The notes under the pieces are model-generated. The model had not been told where the DNA came from and searched no databases. It was given only the letters and a program-made list of their open reading frames with translations. Position numbers and translations under genes: made by a program. DNA of 64,000 nucleotides from assembly GCA_965223705.1 (NCBI GenBank), contig OZ245015.1, forward strand, positions 2,080,001 to 2,144,000, in the 5' to 3' direction. Source of the DNA: Myxococcota bacterium (lineage in GTDB: Bacteria > Myxococcota_A > UBA9160 > UBA6930). Below are positions 48,946 to 58,159 of this stretch, one piece after another. How positions within the stretch are numbered: position 1 is the first letter of the stretch; each line of letters starts with the position of its first letter.

Positions 48946-49677
48946 ATGAGCGCCGCACCCGTCGCCAATCGATCGGACCGACTCCGCACCTCCGGCCGTC
49001 GGTCCCCTAAGCCGCGAACCGAGATCGTCGAAGCGACGCGCTTTCGTCGTGCCCGCGAACGCATGGTGCAGCGGCTGGCCGAGCGCGGCGTCGAAGACGC
49101 GCGCGTCCTCCGGGCGCTTCGCGACATCCCTCGCCACGAGCTCGTACCCGATGCTCTCCGAGAGCGTGCGTACGATGATTGCTCGTTGCCGATCGGCGGC
49201 GGCCAGACGATTTCCGCACCGTATGTCGTGGCATTGATGAGCGAGCGGCTCAAGCTCACGGGCTCCGAACACGTGCTCGAGATCGGCACCGGCTCCGCGT
49301 ATCAGTGCGCGGTATTGGCGCGCCTCGCCGGACGCGTCACGTCGCTCGAACGATTGCCGTCCCTCGCCAATGGCGCGCGTTCGGCACTCGATCGACTGGG
49401 GATCGACAACGCCGTCGTGTACCTGGGCGACGGCACGCGCGGTCGCCCGGCGGATGGCCCGTTCGACGCCATTGTCGTCACAGCAGCAGGACCGGAAGTG
49501 CCCGAGCCTCTGCTCGACCAACTCGCCGTCGGCGGACGCTTGATCGGTCCCTTCGGGCCGAGAGACGCACAGCAATTGGTCCACGTGGAGCGCCTGGCCA
49601 CCGGTCGACTGGCACAAACCACGGTCGCGTCGTGCCGCTTCGTCGATCTCGTGGGGGCCCACGGGTGGGCCCGCTAG
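48946..49677 (+). CDS. pcm: protein-L-isoaspartate O-methyltransferase
   Basis: LPIGGGQTISAPY, VLEIGTGSAY, PFDAIVVTAA, FVDLVG. Confidence 0.96.
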   Translation: MSAAPVANRSDRLRTSGRRSPKPRTEIVEATRFRRARERMVQRLAERGVEDARVLRALRDIPRHELVPDALRERAYDDCSLPIGGGQTISAPYVVALMSERLKLTGSEHVLEIGTGSAYQCAVLARLAGRVTSLERLPSLANGARSALDRLGIDNAVVYLGDGTRGRPADGPFDAIVVTAAGPEVPEPLLDQLAVGGRLIGPFGPRDAQQLVHVERLATGRLAQTTVASCRFVDLVGAHGWAR

Positions 49678-50360
49678 CCCGCCGCACCCTGGCCCTTTTC
49701 GCTGCGGCGGCACTCGGCTTGGCGGGTTGCACGACGCCACCACCCAAGCGCAAGCGCGCAGTGATGCAGCCTCCGCCATCACCCACCCTACACACGGTAA
49801 AGCGGGGAGAAACCGTGTGGCGGATCGCCGGTTACTACGGCGTGTCCTCCCAGTCGATTATCCGGGCGAACCGGATCGCCGATGTGAGGAAGCTCCTGCC
49901 GGGGCGCAATCTACTCATCCCAGGAGGCCGCAAGAAGCCACCGGTTGCGGCATTGCCGCCGGCGAATCCGCGCCCGCCGCGTGGGAATCGGCTGACGTTC
50001 GCATGGCCCGTTCGGGGCACGCTGACCTCCCACTACGGACGTCGTTGGGGGAGACACCACCAAGGCATCGATATCGGGGCGCGCTCGGGAACGAAGGTGG
50101 CGGCGGCGGAACGCGGGCGGGTCAAATACAGCGGAAGCGGTCTCGGAGCGTACGGGAACGTCGTCATCATCGAGCATCCGGGCGGGTTCGAAACCGTGTA
50201 CGCACACAACCGGCGCAATCGGGTGCGACGCGGTGACATCGTCCGCAAGGGTCAGGTCATTGCCGAGGTCGGCGCCACCGGGAACGCCACGGGTCCGCAC
50301 CTCCACTTCGAAATTCGCTCGAACAACAAAGCCCACAATCCCATGCGCTATCTGCCCTAG
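49665..50360 (+). CDS. NlpD-like lipoprotein (LysM + M23 peptidase)
   Basis: LAGC lipobox; HTVKRGETVWRIA; HQGID, YAHN, TGPHLHFE; follows pcm. Confidence 0.94.
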   Translation: MGPLARRTLALFAAAALGLAGCTTPPPKRKRAVMQPPPSPTLHTVKRGETVWRIAGYYGVSSQSIIRANRIADVRKLLPGRNLLIPGGRKKPPVAALPPANPRPPRGNRLTFAWPVRGTLTSHYGRRWGRHHQGIDIGARSGTKVAAAERGRVKYSGSGLGAYGNVVIIEHPGGFETVYAHNRRNRVRRGDIVRKGQVIAEVGATGNATGPHLHFEIRSNNKAHNPMRYLP

Positions 50361-50435
50361 CGCTCGAAAACGGCCCCGACCCACGGGGACTCGCGCTCTG
50401 GTATCCTGCCCGCGCTGCAACGCGGAAGGAAGCCC

Positions 50436-50957
50436 ATGGATCACGCCGAGCTCCGACAGTTCGTCCGGGACATCCCCGATTTCCCTGAGGCGGGGATTCT
50501 CTTTCGAGACATCACGCCGCTGCTCCTTGAGCCCAAGGCGTTCGCCTCGGCTTTGGATGCGATCGCGTCGCCGTTCGTCGATGCGAGCATCGACCGTGTG
50601 GTGGGGATCGAGTCTCGCGGGTTCATTTTCGGCGCGCCGATTGCGGAACGTCTCGGCGCGGGTTTTGGTCTGGTGCGAAAAGCCGGGAAGCTCCCCTACG
50701 AGACGCACCAGAAAGAGTACGACCTCGAGTACGGCACCGACACGATCGAGATGCATACCGACACCGTCGCGGCGGGCCAGCGCGTTCTCCTGGTCGACGA
50801 CGTAATTGCGACCGGGGGCACGGCGGCCGCGGCCGAGGCGCTGATCGGAGAGGCGGGCGGAACGGTGGTCGGCTGCACGTTTCTCGTGGAGCTCGACGCG
50901 CTCGGGGGTCGCCAGCGACTCGGCACGGCGCGCGTCCACAGCGTGATTCACTACTAG
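50436..50957 (+). CDS. apt: adenine phosphoribosyltransferase
   Basis: IPDFP.AGILFRDITPLL, ESRGF, RKAGKLP, LEYG, VDDVIATGGT. Confidence 0.98.
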   Translation: MDHAELRQFVRDIPDFPEAGILFRDITPLLLEPKAFASALDAIASPFVDASIDRVVGIESRGFIFGAPIAERLGAGFGLVRKAGKLPYETHQKEYDLEYGTDTIEMHTDTVAAGQRVLLVDDVIATGGTAAAAEALIGEAGGTVVGCTFLVELDALGGRQRLGTARVHSVIHY

Positions 50958-50976
50958 CCGAGGGCGAGGGAACAAT

Positions 50977-51783
50977 ATGCAGGTGCGAGATCGGGTAGCG
51001 GTCGTGACCGGCGGGGCGAGCGGGATCGGGCGCGCGCTGTGTTTGCGATTCGCGGCGGAAGGGGCGCGCGGCGTCGTGGTCGCCGACCGGAACGAAGCGG
51101 GTGCCAAGGATGTCGCCGCCGAGTGCGGCGGGCTCGCCGTCGGTTGCGATGTCGGAACGGAAAGCGGGATCGACGCCTTGGTCAAGGCCGCCGAGGCTCA
51201 GTTCGGATCGATCGATATTTTCTGTTCGAATGCCGGAATCGCTTCGGGGGGAGATCCTCTCGAGGAGCCCCTCGGCGAGTGGCAGCGGCAGTGGGACATC
51301 AACGTCATGGCCCACGTATTTGCTGTGCGAGCGGTTCTGCCGGGCATGCTCGAACGGGGAGAAGGCTACCTCGTACACACCGCCTCGATGGCCGGGATCC
51401 TGACGACCCACGGCAACGCCCACTACGCCGTGTCGAAGCACGCGGTCGTCGGGCTCGCCGAGTGGTTGGCCGTGACGTATCACGATCGCGGGATTCGCGT
51501 TTCGTGTCTCGCGCCGCTCGGGGTGCGCACGCCGATGCTGGGCGACCCCGACTCGCCCTGGGCGAAGCTCGCCGCGGGTGACATCAAGGAGCCCGAAGAC
51601 GTCGCCCGCATGGTTCTCGAAGCGATCGAAGAAGAACGCTTTCTCATCCTCACCGACGAGAAAGCGCAGGTCTGGATGGATCGGAAAGCGGAGAATCTCG
51701 AGCGGTGGCTCGCGGGGATGCGACGCATGCAGGCGCGCATCGACGAGATGAAGATCGAGTTCGCAGCGGGTCGCGACGACTGA
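50977..51783 (+). CDS. SDR family oxidoreductase
   Basis: TGGASGIG, SNAG, YAVSK. Confidence 0.93.
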   Translation: MQVRDRVAVVTGGASGIGRALCLRFAAEGARGVVVADRNEAGAKDVAAECGGLAVGCDVGTESGIDALVKAAEAQFGSIDIFCSNAGIASGGDPLEEPLGEWQRQWDINVMAHVFAVRAVLPGMLERGEGYLVHTASMAGILTTHGNAHYAVSKHAVVGLAEWLAVTYHDRGIRVSCLAPLGVRTPMLGDPDSPWAKLAAGDIKEPEDVARMVLEAIEEERFLILTDEKAQVWMDRKAENLERWLAGMRRMQARIDEMKIEFAAGRDD

Positions 51784-51792
51784 ACCGAGCCC

Positions 51793-52683
51793 TTACCGCG
51801 GGCGACGAGCGGGCACCGGCGAGTTGATGATCGCGACTCCCGTGAGGATCAGCGCGCCGCCGGCGAGCTCCATCGCTTGAAAGCGGTCTCCCAGGACGAT
51901 CACGGCCGAGAGAACCCCGAACAGCGGCACCAAGTACGCCGTCGATGACGCTCGTAGAGCGGAGCCCCGCCGCAAGATTTCCGACCACACGAGAAACGGA
52001 AGCGCCAGGCCCGGGATCGAGGCGAAGAGCAGCGGGCCGATCGCCCGACCCGGCACCGCGTAGGCGCCGAGTCCGTCTTGCCATGCGGCCAGCAAGGCGA
52101 GCGCCGCGAAAGACATGAAGAGCTGGATCGACACGAAGTAGGGCGCGTCCGGTCCCGAGAGACCTGTCCGCTTGACGATGATCGAGCCGGAAGCCCAGGT
52201 CGCAGCGGCGAGAAGCACGAAGACAACGCCCAAGGGCTGAGCGGCGTCACCTCCGGACGGCGCGGCGATGAGGGCCGCGCCGACAAAACCGAGGGCCAGC
52301 CCCGCAAGGCCGCGACGGCTCGGCTTCTCCCCGAGAAACGGTCGGGCGAGGAGCACCATGAAGAACGGCATCGTGTTGACGAGCACCGATGCGAGGCTCG
52401 CGGAGATGTACTGCAGGCCGAACGTGAAACACGCGCTCGAGATCGTAGTGAGGTTGAGCGAGACCCAGAAGATCGTCCGCCACTGCCGACCTCGGGGCGG
52501 AGACTGGCCGTTCAGTAGCGCATAGCCCAGCAGGACGAGCGCGCCGACCGCGTTGCGCATCGCCGAGAGCGTGAAGGGCTCCCAATCTCGCAGCGCGAGC
52601 TTCATCGCGACGAAATTCGATCCCCAGCAGACCGACACCAGGAGGATGAGGGCCCAAGTCGGTACGCGGGGGGCCTGACTCAC
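51793..52683 (-). CDS. DMT/EamA-family transporter
   Basis: About 10 TM helices; WGSNF, FLGEK, YLVPLFG. Confidence 0.92.
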   Translation of the reverse strand: MSQAPRVPTWALILLVSVCWGSNFVAMKLALRDWEPFTLSAMRNAVGALVLLGYALLNGQSPPRGRQWRTIFWVSLNLTTISSACFTFGLQYISASLASVLVNTMPFFMVLLARPFLGEKPSRRGLAGLALGFVGAALIAAPSGGDAAQPLGVVFVLLAAATWASGSIIVKRTGLSGPDAPYFVSIQLFMSFAALALLAAWQDGLGAYAVPGRAIGPLLFASIPGLALPFLVWSEILRRGSALRASSTAYLVPLFGVLSAVIVLGDRFQAMELAGGALILTGVAIINSPVPARRPR

Positions 52684-53507
52684 CGGACGTCGAAACGAAG
52701 CGCTCCGAGCGCGCCGAACTCCCCGACGTGTCGTCCCCGCTGCGCCGCCCGCGGCGGACCCAGCGAGCCACTCAAGAGGATCATTCCCGGCTCGATCGGG
52801 TAGCCCTCGCGGTGAATGTGGTTGAGCAGCCAGTGCACCCCTGCCCACAGCTCTTCGGGGTCCCGCAGCATGGCTTCGTGGACGCCTTCACCGTCGCGTG
52901 CGACGAGGATCTCGAGACCGGTCGTGAGCGAGTCGGGTTGTCGAGGTGGTCCGACGAGGTAGTGCGAAGCCAGCACGTTCGCCGCGATCAAGTCGCGTGG
53001 CTCGAGCGGATCGATCGAGGCGAGTGTGACGTCCGGAAGTTCGACGGCGGCTCGCACGGCGCGAATGTGAGCGCGTGTCGCCGATACGTCGGGCAACGGA
53101 GAACGAACGGCCGTTCCCACCTCGAAAGCGATCTCCGTCTCGAACCAAAGTCGGCGGAACGATGCGAGCGAAAGGCTCACGTCGCCTTCGAGACGACCCG
53201 ACGCCGGCAGCACGCCGGCGATGGGCGCCGACAGCCCGACCCCATCTTGGGCGGCTCGGGTGGTGAAGCCGGCTTTGTAGCCGCCCGGCGTGAAGCCGCC
53301 GAGTCGGCTGGGCACGAACTGCTTTTGTACGCGGTACGCGGCATCGAGATCGAGGCTCGGCACGAGACCCGATACCGACGGCAACGGACGCGCTGCTTCA
53401 GCGGCGGACAGCAGCGCCGCGACGGCGTCCGCCTCGGTGCTTCGCGGTTCGGCGCTCGCCGAAAGAGCGAGACAACACGTTGCGAACGCTGCGATCCAGG
53501 GTTTCAT
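52680..53507 (-). CDS. 2-keto-4-pentenoate hydratase-like (FAH superfamily) protein with N-terminal signal peptide
   Basis: AYRVQ, GYKAGFT, ETEIAF, AVELPD, ILLSGSL; MKPWIAAFATCCLALSASA. Confidence 0.85.
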   Translation of the reverse strand: MKPWIAAFATCCLALSASAEPRSTEADAVAALLSAAEAARPLPSVSGLVPSLDLDAAYRVQKQFVPSRLGGFTPGGYKAGFTTRAAQDGVGLSAPIAGVLPASGRLEGDVSLSLASFRRLWFETEIAFEVGTAVRSPLPDVSATRAHIRAVRAAVELPDVTLASIDPLEPRDLIAANVLASHYLVGPPRQPDSLTTGLEILVARDGEGVHEAMLRDPEELWAGVHWLLNHIHREGYPIEPGMILLSGSLGPPRAAQRGRHVGEFGALGALRFDVR

Positions 53508-54532
53508 GACAGCTCTCCACGGGCCAACCGAGTGCCCGCCACCATGTTGCGGAGCTTTTCGGCGGCCAGATATCGGGGAAGCGCAGAGAACCCGCAATCG
53601 GCGGTGACGCGAAGCCGAGCTTCGGGGATATGCGCCAGACAAGCGTCGATCCGACGAGCGACCTCCGAAGGCGGCTCGAGCCAGAAGTTCTTCACGTCGA
53701 TGATGCCGGCTGCGATGTCGTACCGTTTCGCGAGCTCACCCGCGAACTCGAGCTCGATCATTCCGCGGTTCGCGAACTCGAGCATCAGCTCTTCGCAATC
53801 GATCCCGCGCAAGAGATCGTCCATCCACACAAGGCGACGGTCGGCCATCGGGCGACCCGCGTTGTTGCCGAAACAGATATGGACGCAGCGGCGAGCAGGA
53901 AGTCCACCGAGGAGCGCGTCGAGGCGCGGCGCCGCTTCCTCGACGAGAAGTTCGGGCGCCAATCGGGTCAAGCCCGGCTCGTCCACTTGGATGTAGTCCG
54001 CGCCGGCGGCGATCAAGGCTTCGATCTCCGCGCGCAAGGCTGCACCGAGCTCGTCGAGCACCTGGATTCGCGAGCGGTCGCCCGGATCGATCGACTGCAT
54101 GAACGTAAACGGTCCCGGGAGCGCGATCTTCTTGGGCCGATCGGGCACCAGTCGAGCGAGTCGTTCGAATTCGGCGACGATGCCCAGGCCGTTCGGTGCG
54201 AGGACGGTTGATTCCGCGCGAAAGCTCGGCGCCATGTCGTAGCCGGCGATGCCCAGTCGGCGACTGGGAGCGACGCGCGACAGTCCGGCCAACCGGTCGA
54301 AGACTTCGTAGACGAAGCGTTGCCGGGAGAGCTCCCCGTCGGTGAGCACATCGACCCCGGCTTCGATCTGATCGGCGACCACGATCCGGGTGGCGTCTTC
54401 GACGAGCTCATTGGCGTCGTGCTCACCTATTTCACCGGATCGGACCTGACGCCGCATCGCGATGTACCAACCCGGTGCGGCGTAGGACCCCACGCCCAGG
54501 GTGGGGAGGTGCGGGAGCGCTTCCTCGTTCAT
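53504..54532 (-). CDS. cobalamin-independent methionine synthase II family protein (second paralog)
   Basis: VGSY, AGVDVLTDGE, IQVDEP, HICFGN, LEFA, TADCGF. Confidence 0.9.
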   Translation of the reverse strand: MNEEALPHLPTLGVGSYAAPGWYIAMRRQVRSGEIGEHDANELVEDATRIVVADQIEAGVDVLTDGELSRQRFVYEVFDRLAGLSRVAPSRRLGIAGYDMAPSFRAESTVLAPNGLGIVAEFERLARLVPDRPKKIALPGPFTFMQSIDPGDRSRIQVLDELGAALRAEIEALIAAGADYIQVDEPGLTRLAPELLVEEAAPRLDALLGGLPARRCVHICFGNNAGRPMADRRLVWMDDLLRGIDCEELMLEFANRGMIELEFAGELAKRYDIAAGIIDVKNFWLEPPSEVARRIDACLAHIPEARLRVTADCGFSALPRYLAAEKLRNMVAGTRLARGELS

Positions 54533-54594
54533 CGACAACAACCTCTACGCAAGCGAACTTCGTCCCGCGTGCGGGTCTGTATACTCACCCGCGA

Positions 54595-54671
54595 GCCCTC
54601 GTAGCTCAGTTGGATAGAGCGGCCGCCTCCTAAGCGGCAGGTCAGAGGTTCGAATCCTCTCGGGGGCGCCA
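54595..54671 (+). tRNA. tRNA-Arg(CCT)
   Basis: Acceptor stem GCCCTCG/CGGGGGC, D arm TAGCTCAGTTGGATAGAGC, anticodon arm GCCGC-CT-CCT-AA-GCGGC, GGTTCGAATCC, encoded CCA. Confidence 0.97.
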
Positions 54672-54687
54672 CAGGCCCGCGTTGCAC

Positions 54688-55917
54688 CTACACGTAGTGC
54701 GGTAGGACCTCTTTCCCGACTTTCTCCACCATCCGCTTCACTTCGTCAAAGGGAAGAAGCCCCTGATCGCCTTGCCAGATGAACCATTCGGGGTTCCCGG
54801 CCTCGATCAGTTTGTCCATGCTGCGGCGAATGTCGTCCGTGCTTCCCGCGAGCGCGAAATTCGCGTCGATCAACCGCTCGGGGGTCACCTCGCTCGGAGG
54901 CATGGGGGCCTCTCCGTATTTTCGGTTGTCTTCCTCGGTACGGAATGCTTCGGTGAAGCCGAAGTGGTGGAAGAAGTTCCGAAACCCGTAGCCGCACATG
55001 CCGCCCGAGAGAAGCTTCTTCGCTTCCTCGACGTCGTGCCCCGGGTAGATACCGCGCAGCACGCCGATGGATTCACCCAGTTCGAGATCGCGACCGATCG
55101 ACTTCGCCTCCTCGACGTGGGTTTCCGCGAAGAAGCGCACTTGCTCGAAGTCGGACACGAACAGCGTGGGAACGATGTTCTCCCGCGCGCACCAGCGCAC
55201 CGTCGCTTCGCTCATCGAGAAAGCCTGGAAGAGAGTCGGATGCGGCTTCTGATAGGGCTTCGGAACGATATCGATCGCGTGGATGTTGCCGTTTTCGTCG
55301 AGCTCGCCCGGAGAGCCGTGATGGCGCGTCCACTCGTTCGCCAACCACGGTGTCCCCGTCTCGTAGGGGAACGGGTACTCGTAGTGCTTGCCTTTGAACC
55401 GGAAGGGCTCGTCCTTCCAGGCGAGCTTCAGGATCTGGAACACTTCTTCAAAAGCTTCGCGATTCTGCTTATCGATCTCGCTCTGGTCGCTGACCGTCGC
55501 GCCGATATGAATCTTCTGGGCCATCTGATTGAGCCAGCGCGACTGGTAGCCGCGGGCAAATCCCACGTGCGTGCGGCCTTTTGTCAGCTGATCGAGCCAC
55601 GCGATCTCAAGCGCGAGTCGCAGCGGATTCCAACCGGGAAGGACGTACCCGATCGGACCGACCTTGAGTGTCGACGTTGCGTTGATGACGTGCTGGGTCA
55701 GGACCGGGAGCGACCCGATCTCCAGGCCTTCGGTGTGAAGGTGATGCTCGGGAAAGGCGACGCCGGTGAAGCCCAGGTCTTCCGCCATCCGCGAGATCTC
55801 GACCACTTGGTCGAACATTTGCTGCCACCGTTCGGTGTGGTGAGCGATCGGTCGCAGCTCTTTCCGCTCTTGCGGCGTCGCCGGAAGGGAGGGGAGGAAG
55901 AAGTACATAAACTTCAT
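54688..55917 (-). CDS. LLM-class flavin-dependent oxidoreductase
   Basis: FPEHH, PLRLA, LDQLTKGR, GFARGYQ, PKPYQKPHP. Confidence 0.93.
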   Translation of the reverse strand: MKFMYFFLPSLPATPQERKELRPIAHHTERWQQMFDQVVEISRMAEDLGFTGVAFPEHHLHTEGLEIGSLPVLTQHVINATSTLKVGPIGYVLPGWNPLRLALEIAWLDQLTKGRTHVGFARGYQSRWLNQMAQKIHIGATVSDQSEIDKQNREAFEEVFQILKLAWKDEPFRFKGKHYEYPFPYETGTPWLANEWTRHHGSPGELDENGNIHAIDIVPKPYQKPHPTLFQAFSMSEATVRWCARENIVPTLFVSDFEQVRFFAETHVEEAKSIGRDLELGESIGVLRGIYPGHDVEEAKKLLSGGMCGYGFRNFFHHFGFTEAFRTEEDNRKYGEAPMPPSEVTPERLIDANFALAGSTDDIRRSMDKLIEAGNPEWFIWQGDQGLLPFDEVKRMVEKVGKEVLPHYV

Positions 55918-55981
55918 GGGCGGGCTCCTTTCGCTGCGGTTGATTATACCCGGTTCTCACCGGAGGCCCGGATAACGGCCC

Positions 55982-57157
55982 TCACGTATCGCTTCGCAAA
56001 ACCATCGCGGACGTCGGCACGGCGTTTCCTGCCGCGACAAACGCGTGTTGGGCGCCCTCGACCTGGGACACCGCTTCCCCGCGGAGTTGGCGAACCGCTT
56101 CGAGGTTGTTCTGCATCCCGTGTAGATAGCCTTCGGACAAATTGCCGCCGCTCGTGTTCAGCGGGAGGTCGCCATCGGGCCAGCGCAGGCGTCCGCCGGC
56201 GATGAAGTCTTTGCTCTCCCCGCGCGCGCAAAAACCGTATTCCTCGAGCGCCATCAAAACAAGCGGCGTGAAGTGGTCGTACAAATAGAGGACGTCGATG
56301 TCTTTCCGGTCGATGCCCGAAGCTCCGAACACGCGATCGCCGATCACGGTCGCTTCGGTTTCCGGGCTCTCGACGTTCTTCACCACTTCGCGGTGATTGA
56401 AGGCGCCGCCGCCCATGCTGCCGGCGACGATGCGCACGGGTTTCGCGCGCAAGTCCCGGGCACGCTCGAGGCTCGTGATGATCATCGCGACGCCGCCGTC
56501 GGTTTCGAGGCAGCAATCGAGGAGTCTGAGCGGTGAGGAAATCATTCGAGACGACTGGTGATCGTCGAGCGTCATCGGTCGATTGAACATCATCGCAGCG
56601 GGGTTCCGGTTCGCGTGGCTGCGACACGTGACGGCGATCTCCCCGAAATGGAGGCTCTCGGTGCCGTAGAGATGCATGTGCCGACGCGCCGCCAGGGCCA
56701 CCATCTGCGCGGGAGAAAACAGGCCGTAGGGCGCGTGGTAGGCGGCGGGTCCGCGCGCGCCGCGGCTTCGCGACGCCTGGCCGAAACGCGGCGTCCCCCG
56801 ACCCGAGCGTTCGTTCATCGCCCGGAACGCTACGACGGTGTCGGCCTGGCCCGTGGCTACGGCCATCGCAGCGGCGAGAACGACTCCGACGGAAGCTCCG
56901 CCGCCGAACGGGATTTCGGCGAAGAAGCGAAGCCTCGGGATGCCTAAGTTCGTCGCGAGTGCCACCGGGTCGTTGTTGTCCCAGCTGAACTTCGCGATGC
57001 CATCGACATCGCGGGGCGTGAGTCCAGCGTCGGCAAGGGCGGCGAGAATGGCCTCGGAAGCGAGCTTGAGTTCGCTCCGTCCGGAATCCTTCGAAAATTC
57101 GGTGCTGCCGATTCCGGCGATCGCGCCGAGGTCTTTGTGCGCAGCGGTCGCCGTCAA
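55982..57157 (-). CDS. SCP2-thiolase-like lipid-transfer protein (Ltp2-like, possible acyl-CoA aldolase)
   Basis: AIAGIGSTEFSKDSGRSE, DCCLETDGG, LYDHFTP, NTSGGNLSEGYLHG; TTG start at 57157. Confidence 0.9.
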   Translation of the reverse strand: MTATAAHKDLGAIAGIGSTEFSKDSGRSELKLASEAILAALADAGLTPRDVDGIAKFSWDNNDPVALATNLGIPRLRFFAEIPFGGGASVGVVLAAAMAVATGQADTVVAFRAMNERSGRGTPRFGQASRSRGARGPAAYHAPYGLFSPAQMVALAARRHMHLYGTESLHFGEIAVTCRSHANRNPAAMMFNRPMTLDDHQSSRMISSPLRLLDCCLETDGGVAMIITSLERARDLRAKPVRIVAGSMGGGAFNHREVVKNVESPETEATVIGDRVFGASGIDRKDIDVLYLYDHFTPLVLMALEEYGFCARGESKDFIAGGRLRWPDGDLPLNTSGGNLSEGYLHGMQNNLEAVRQLRGEAVSQVEGAQHAFVAAGNAVPTSAMVLRSDT

Positions 57158-57158
57158 G

Positions 57159-58106
57159 CTAGGCCGCCGTTTCTCCCGGCAGGAACACGCACGTCGGACA
57201 ACCATCCCGCTCGAAGGCTTCTTCGGCGGCGTGCTGGTCGGCTTCGCATTGGTACTGGGGTTCCGATTCACGCTCGCCGCGGTTATCGCCCGAGCCTCCG
57301 CTTTCCCCGCTGCGGTCGTTGCCGGGGCGCATCACGCCGTCCTTCCAAGCGTCGTCGTCGGACCAGCGGAAGGGCAGCGTCAGGACCGAGCCCGGCGTTC
57401 TGAGGAGCGTGAACCCTTCGAGTGCCCGGAGGATCAACTCGCGCTGCAGCTCGGGTTCGTTGGGCTTGCCTGCGGTGTGGCCCAAGGGGTAGTCGACGAA
57501 CGCAGCCCGCGGCGGGTTGGCGGCGCGCGTGATCGAGAGGGCGCTCGTCAGGGAGAGCGTCGGGATGCCGCGGGATTCGATCTCTCGTGCAATCAGTCCG
57601 ACCGACTGATGGCAGACCGGTCAGACGGGAACGAGCAGGACCAGATCGACTTCGTCTTGTTCGATGCGGTCCGCGATCGCCGGCGCCAGTCGCGAGGTGA
57701 CCTGTCGGCTCGAGTAGATGCCGCCCATGAAGGCGTAGGCGTTCCGCGAGACTTCGCCGATCGCGCCTTCGCGCGCCAGGTTGCGAAGCGTTTCCAGAGG
57801 GAAGACGACGTTCGGATCCTCCCGAGCATCGGTCAGGTCATAGGCGAAGTGTGTGGCGCGGAGCGCGTCGCGCGGCGTGTCGCGATCAATCACCCGAAAG
57901 CTCAAATCGTCGCGATGGTGAAAGGCGATCTGACCTTCGACGTAGATACCGCCCGATCCGATCAGCCCGACGCGCGACTCCGAAAGTGGCTTGCGCACCG
58001 GCGCCCAGGGCGGCGGGGTCTCGCTGTGCACCCAGCGGTAGGTGGGGTAGCCCAGGCTGTCATACAAGACCCGGGTGCGTTCCAGATAGTCGACGGGAGC
58101 GCGCAT
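57159..58106 (-). CDS. GrdB/PrdB-family selenoprotein (glycine/D-proline reductase selenoprotein B-like), Sec at TGA 57621-57623
   Basis: KPLSESRVGLIGSGG, D..DPNVVFPL, FMG, VLLVPV-TGA-PVCHQSVGLIAREIESRGIPT, NPPRAAFVDYPLGH; 315 aa on readthrough; hairpin directly 3' of the TGA. Confidence 0.9.
57588..57614 (-). promoter_or_regulatory. bacterial SECIS-like hairpin
   Basis: mRNA sense TGCCATCAGTC-GGTCG-GACTGATTGCA (10 pairs, one mismatch); G-initiated loop begins after 17 nt downstream of the TGA. Confidence 0.75.
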
Positions 58107-58159
58107 TCCAGCAGTTTCGCACAACGCCGGCGCGAACACCGGCCGCTCGCGCGGGAGCG

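Noticed and set aside
47215..49782. Long antisense or alternate-frame ORFs (e.g. 47215..49782, 1287..2432, and the upstream parts of 27640..29538, 30087..32660 and 41817..43733)
   Set aside because: Shadow ORFs expected at high GC; they overlap motif-supported genes and have Arg/Pro/Ala-rich translations without motifs
57159..58106. Pseudogene or two separate ORFs
   Set aside because: The single TGA sits exactly at the family's UxxC position, is followed by a SECIS-like hairpin, and conserved sequence continues in frame
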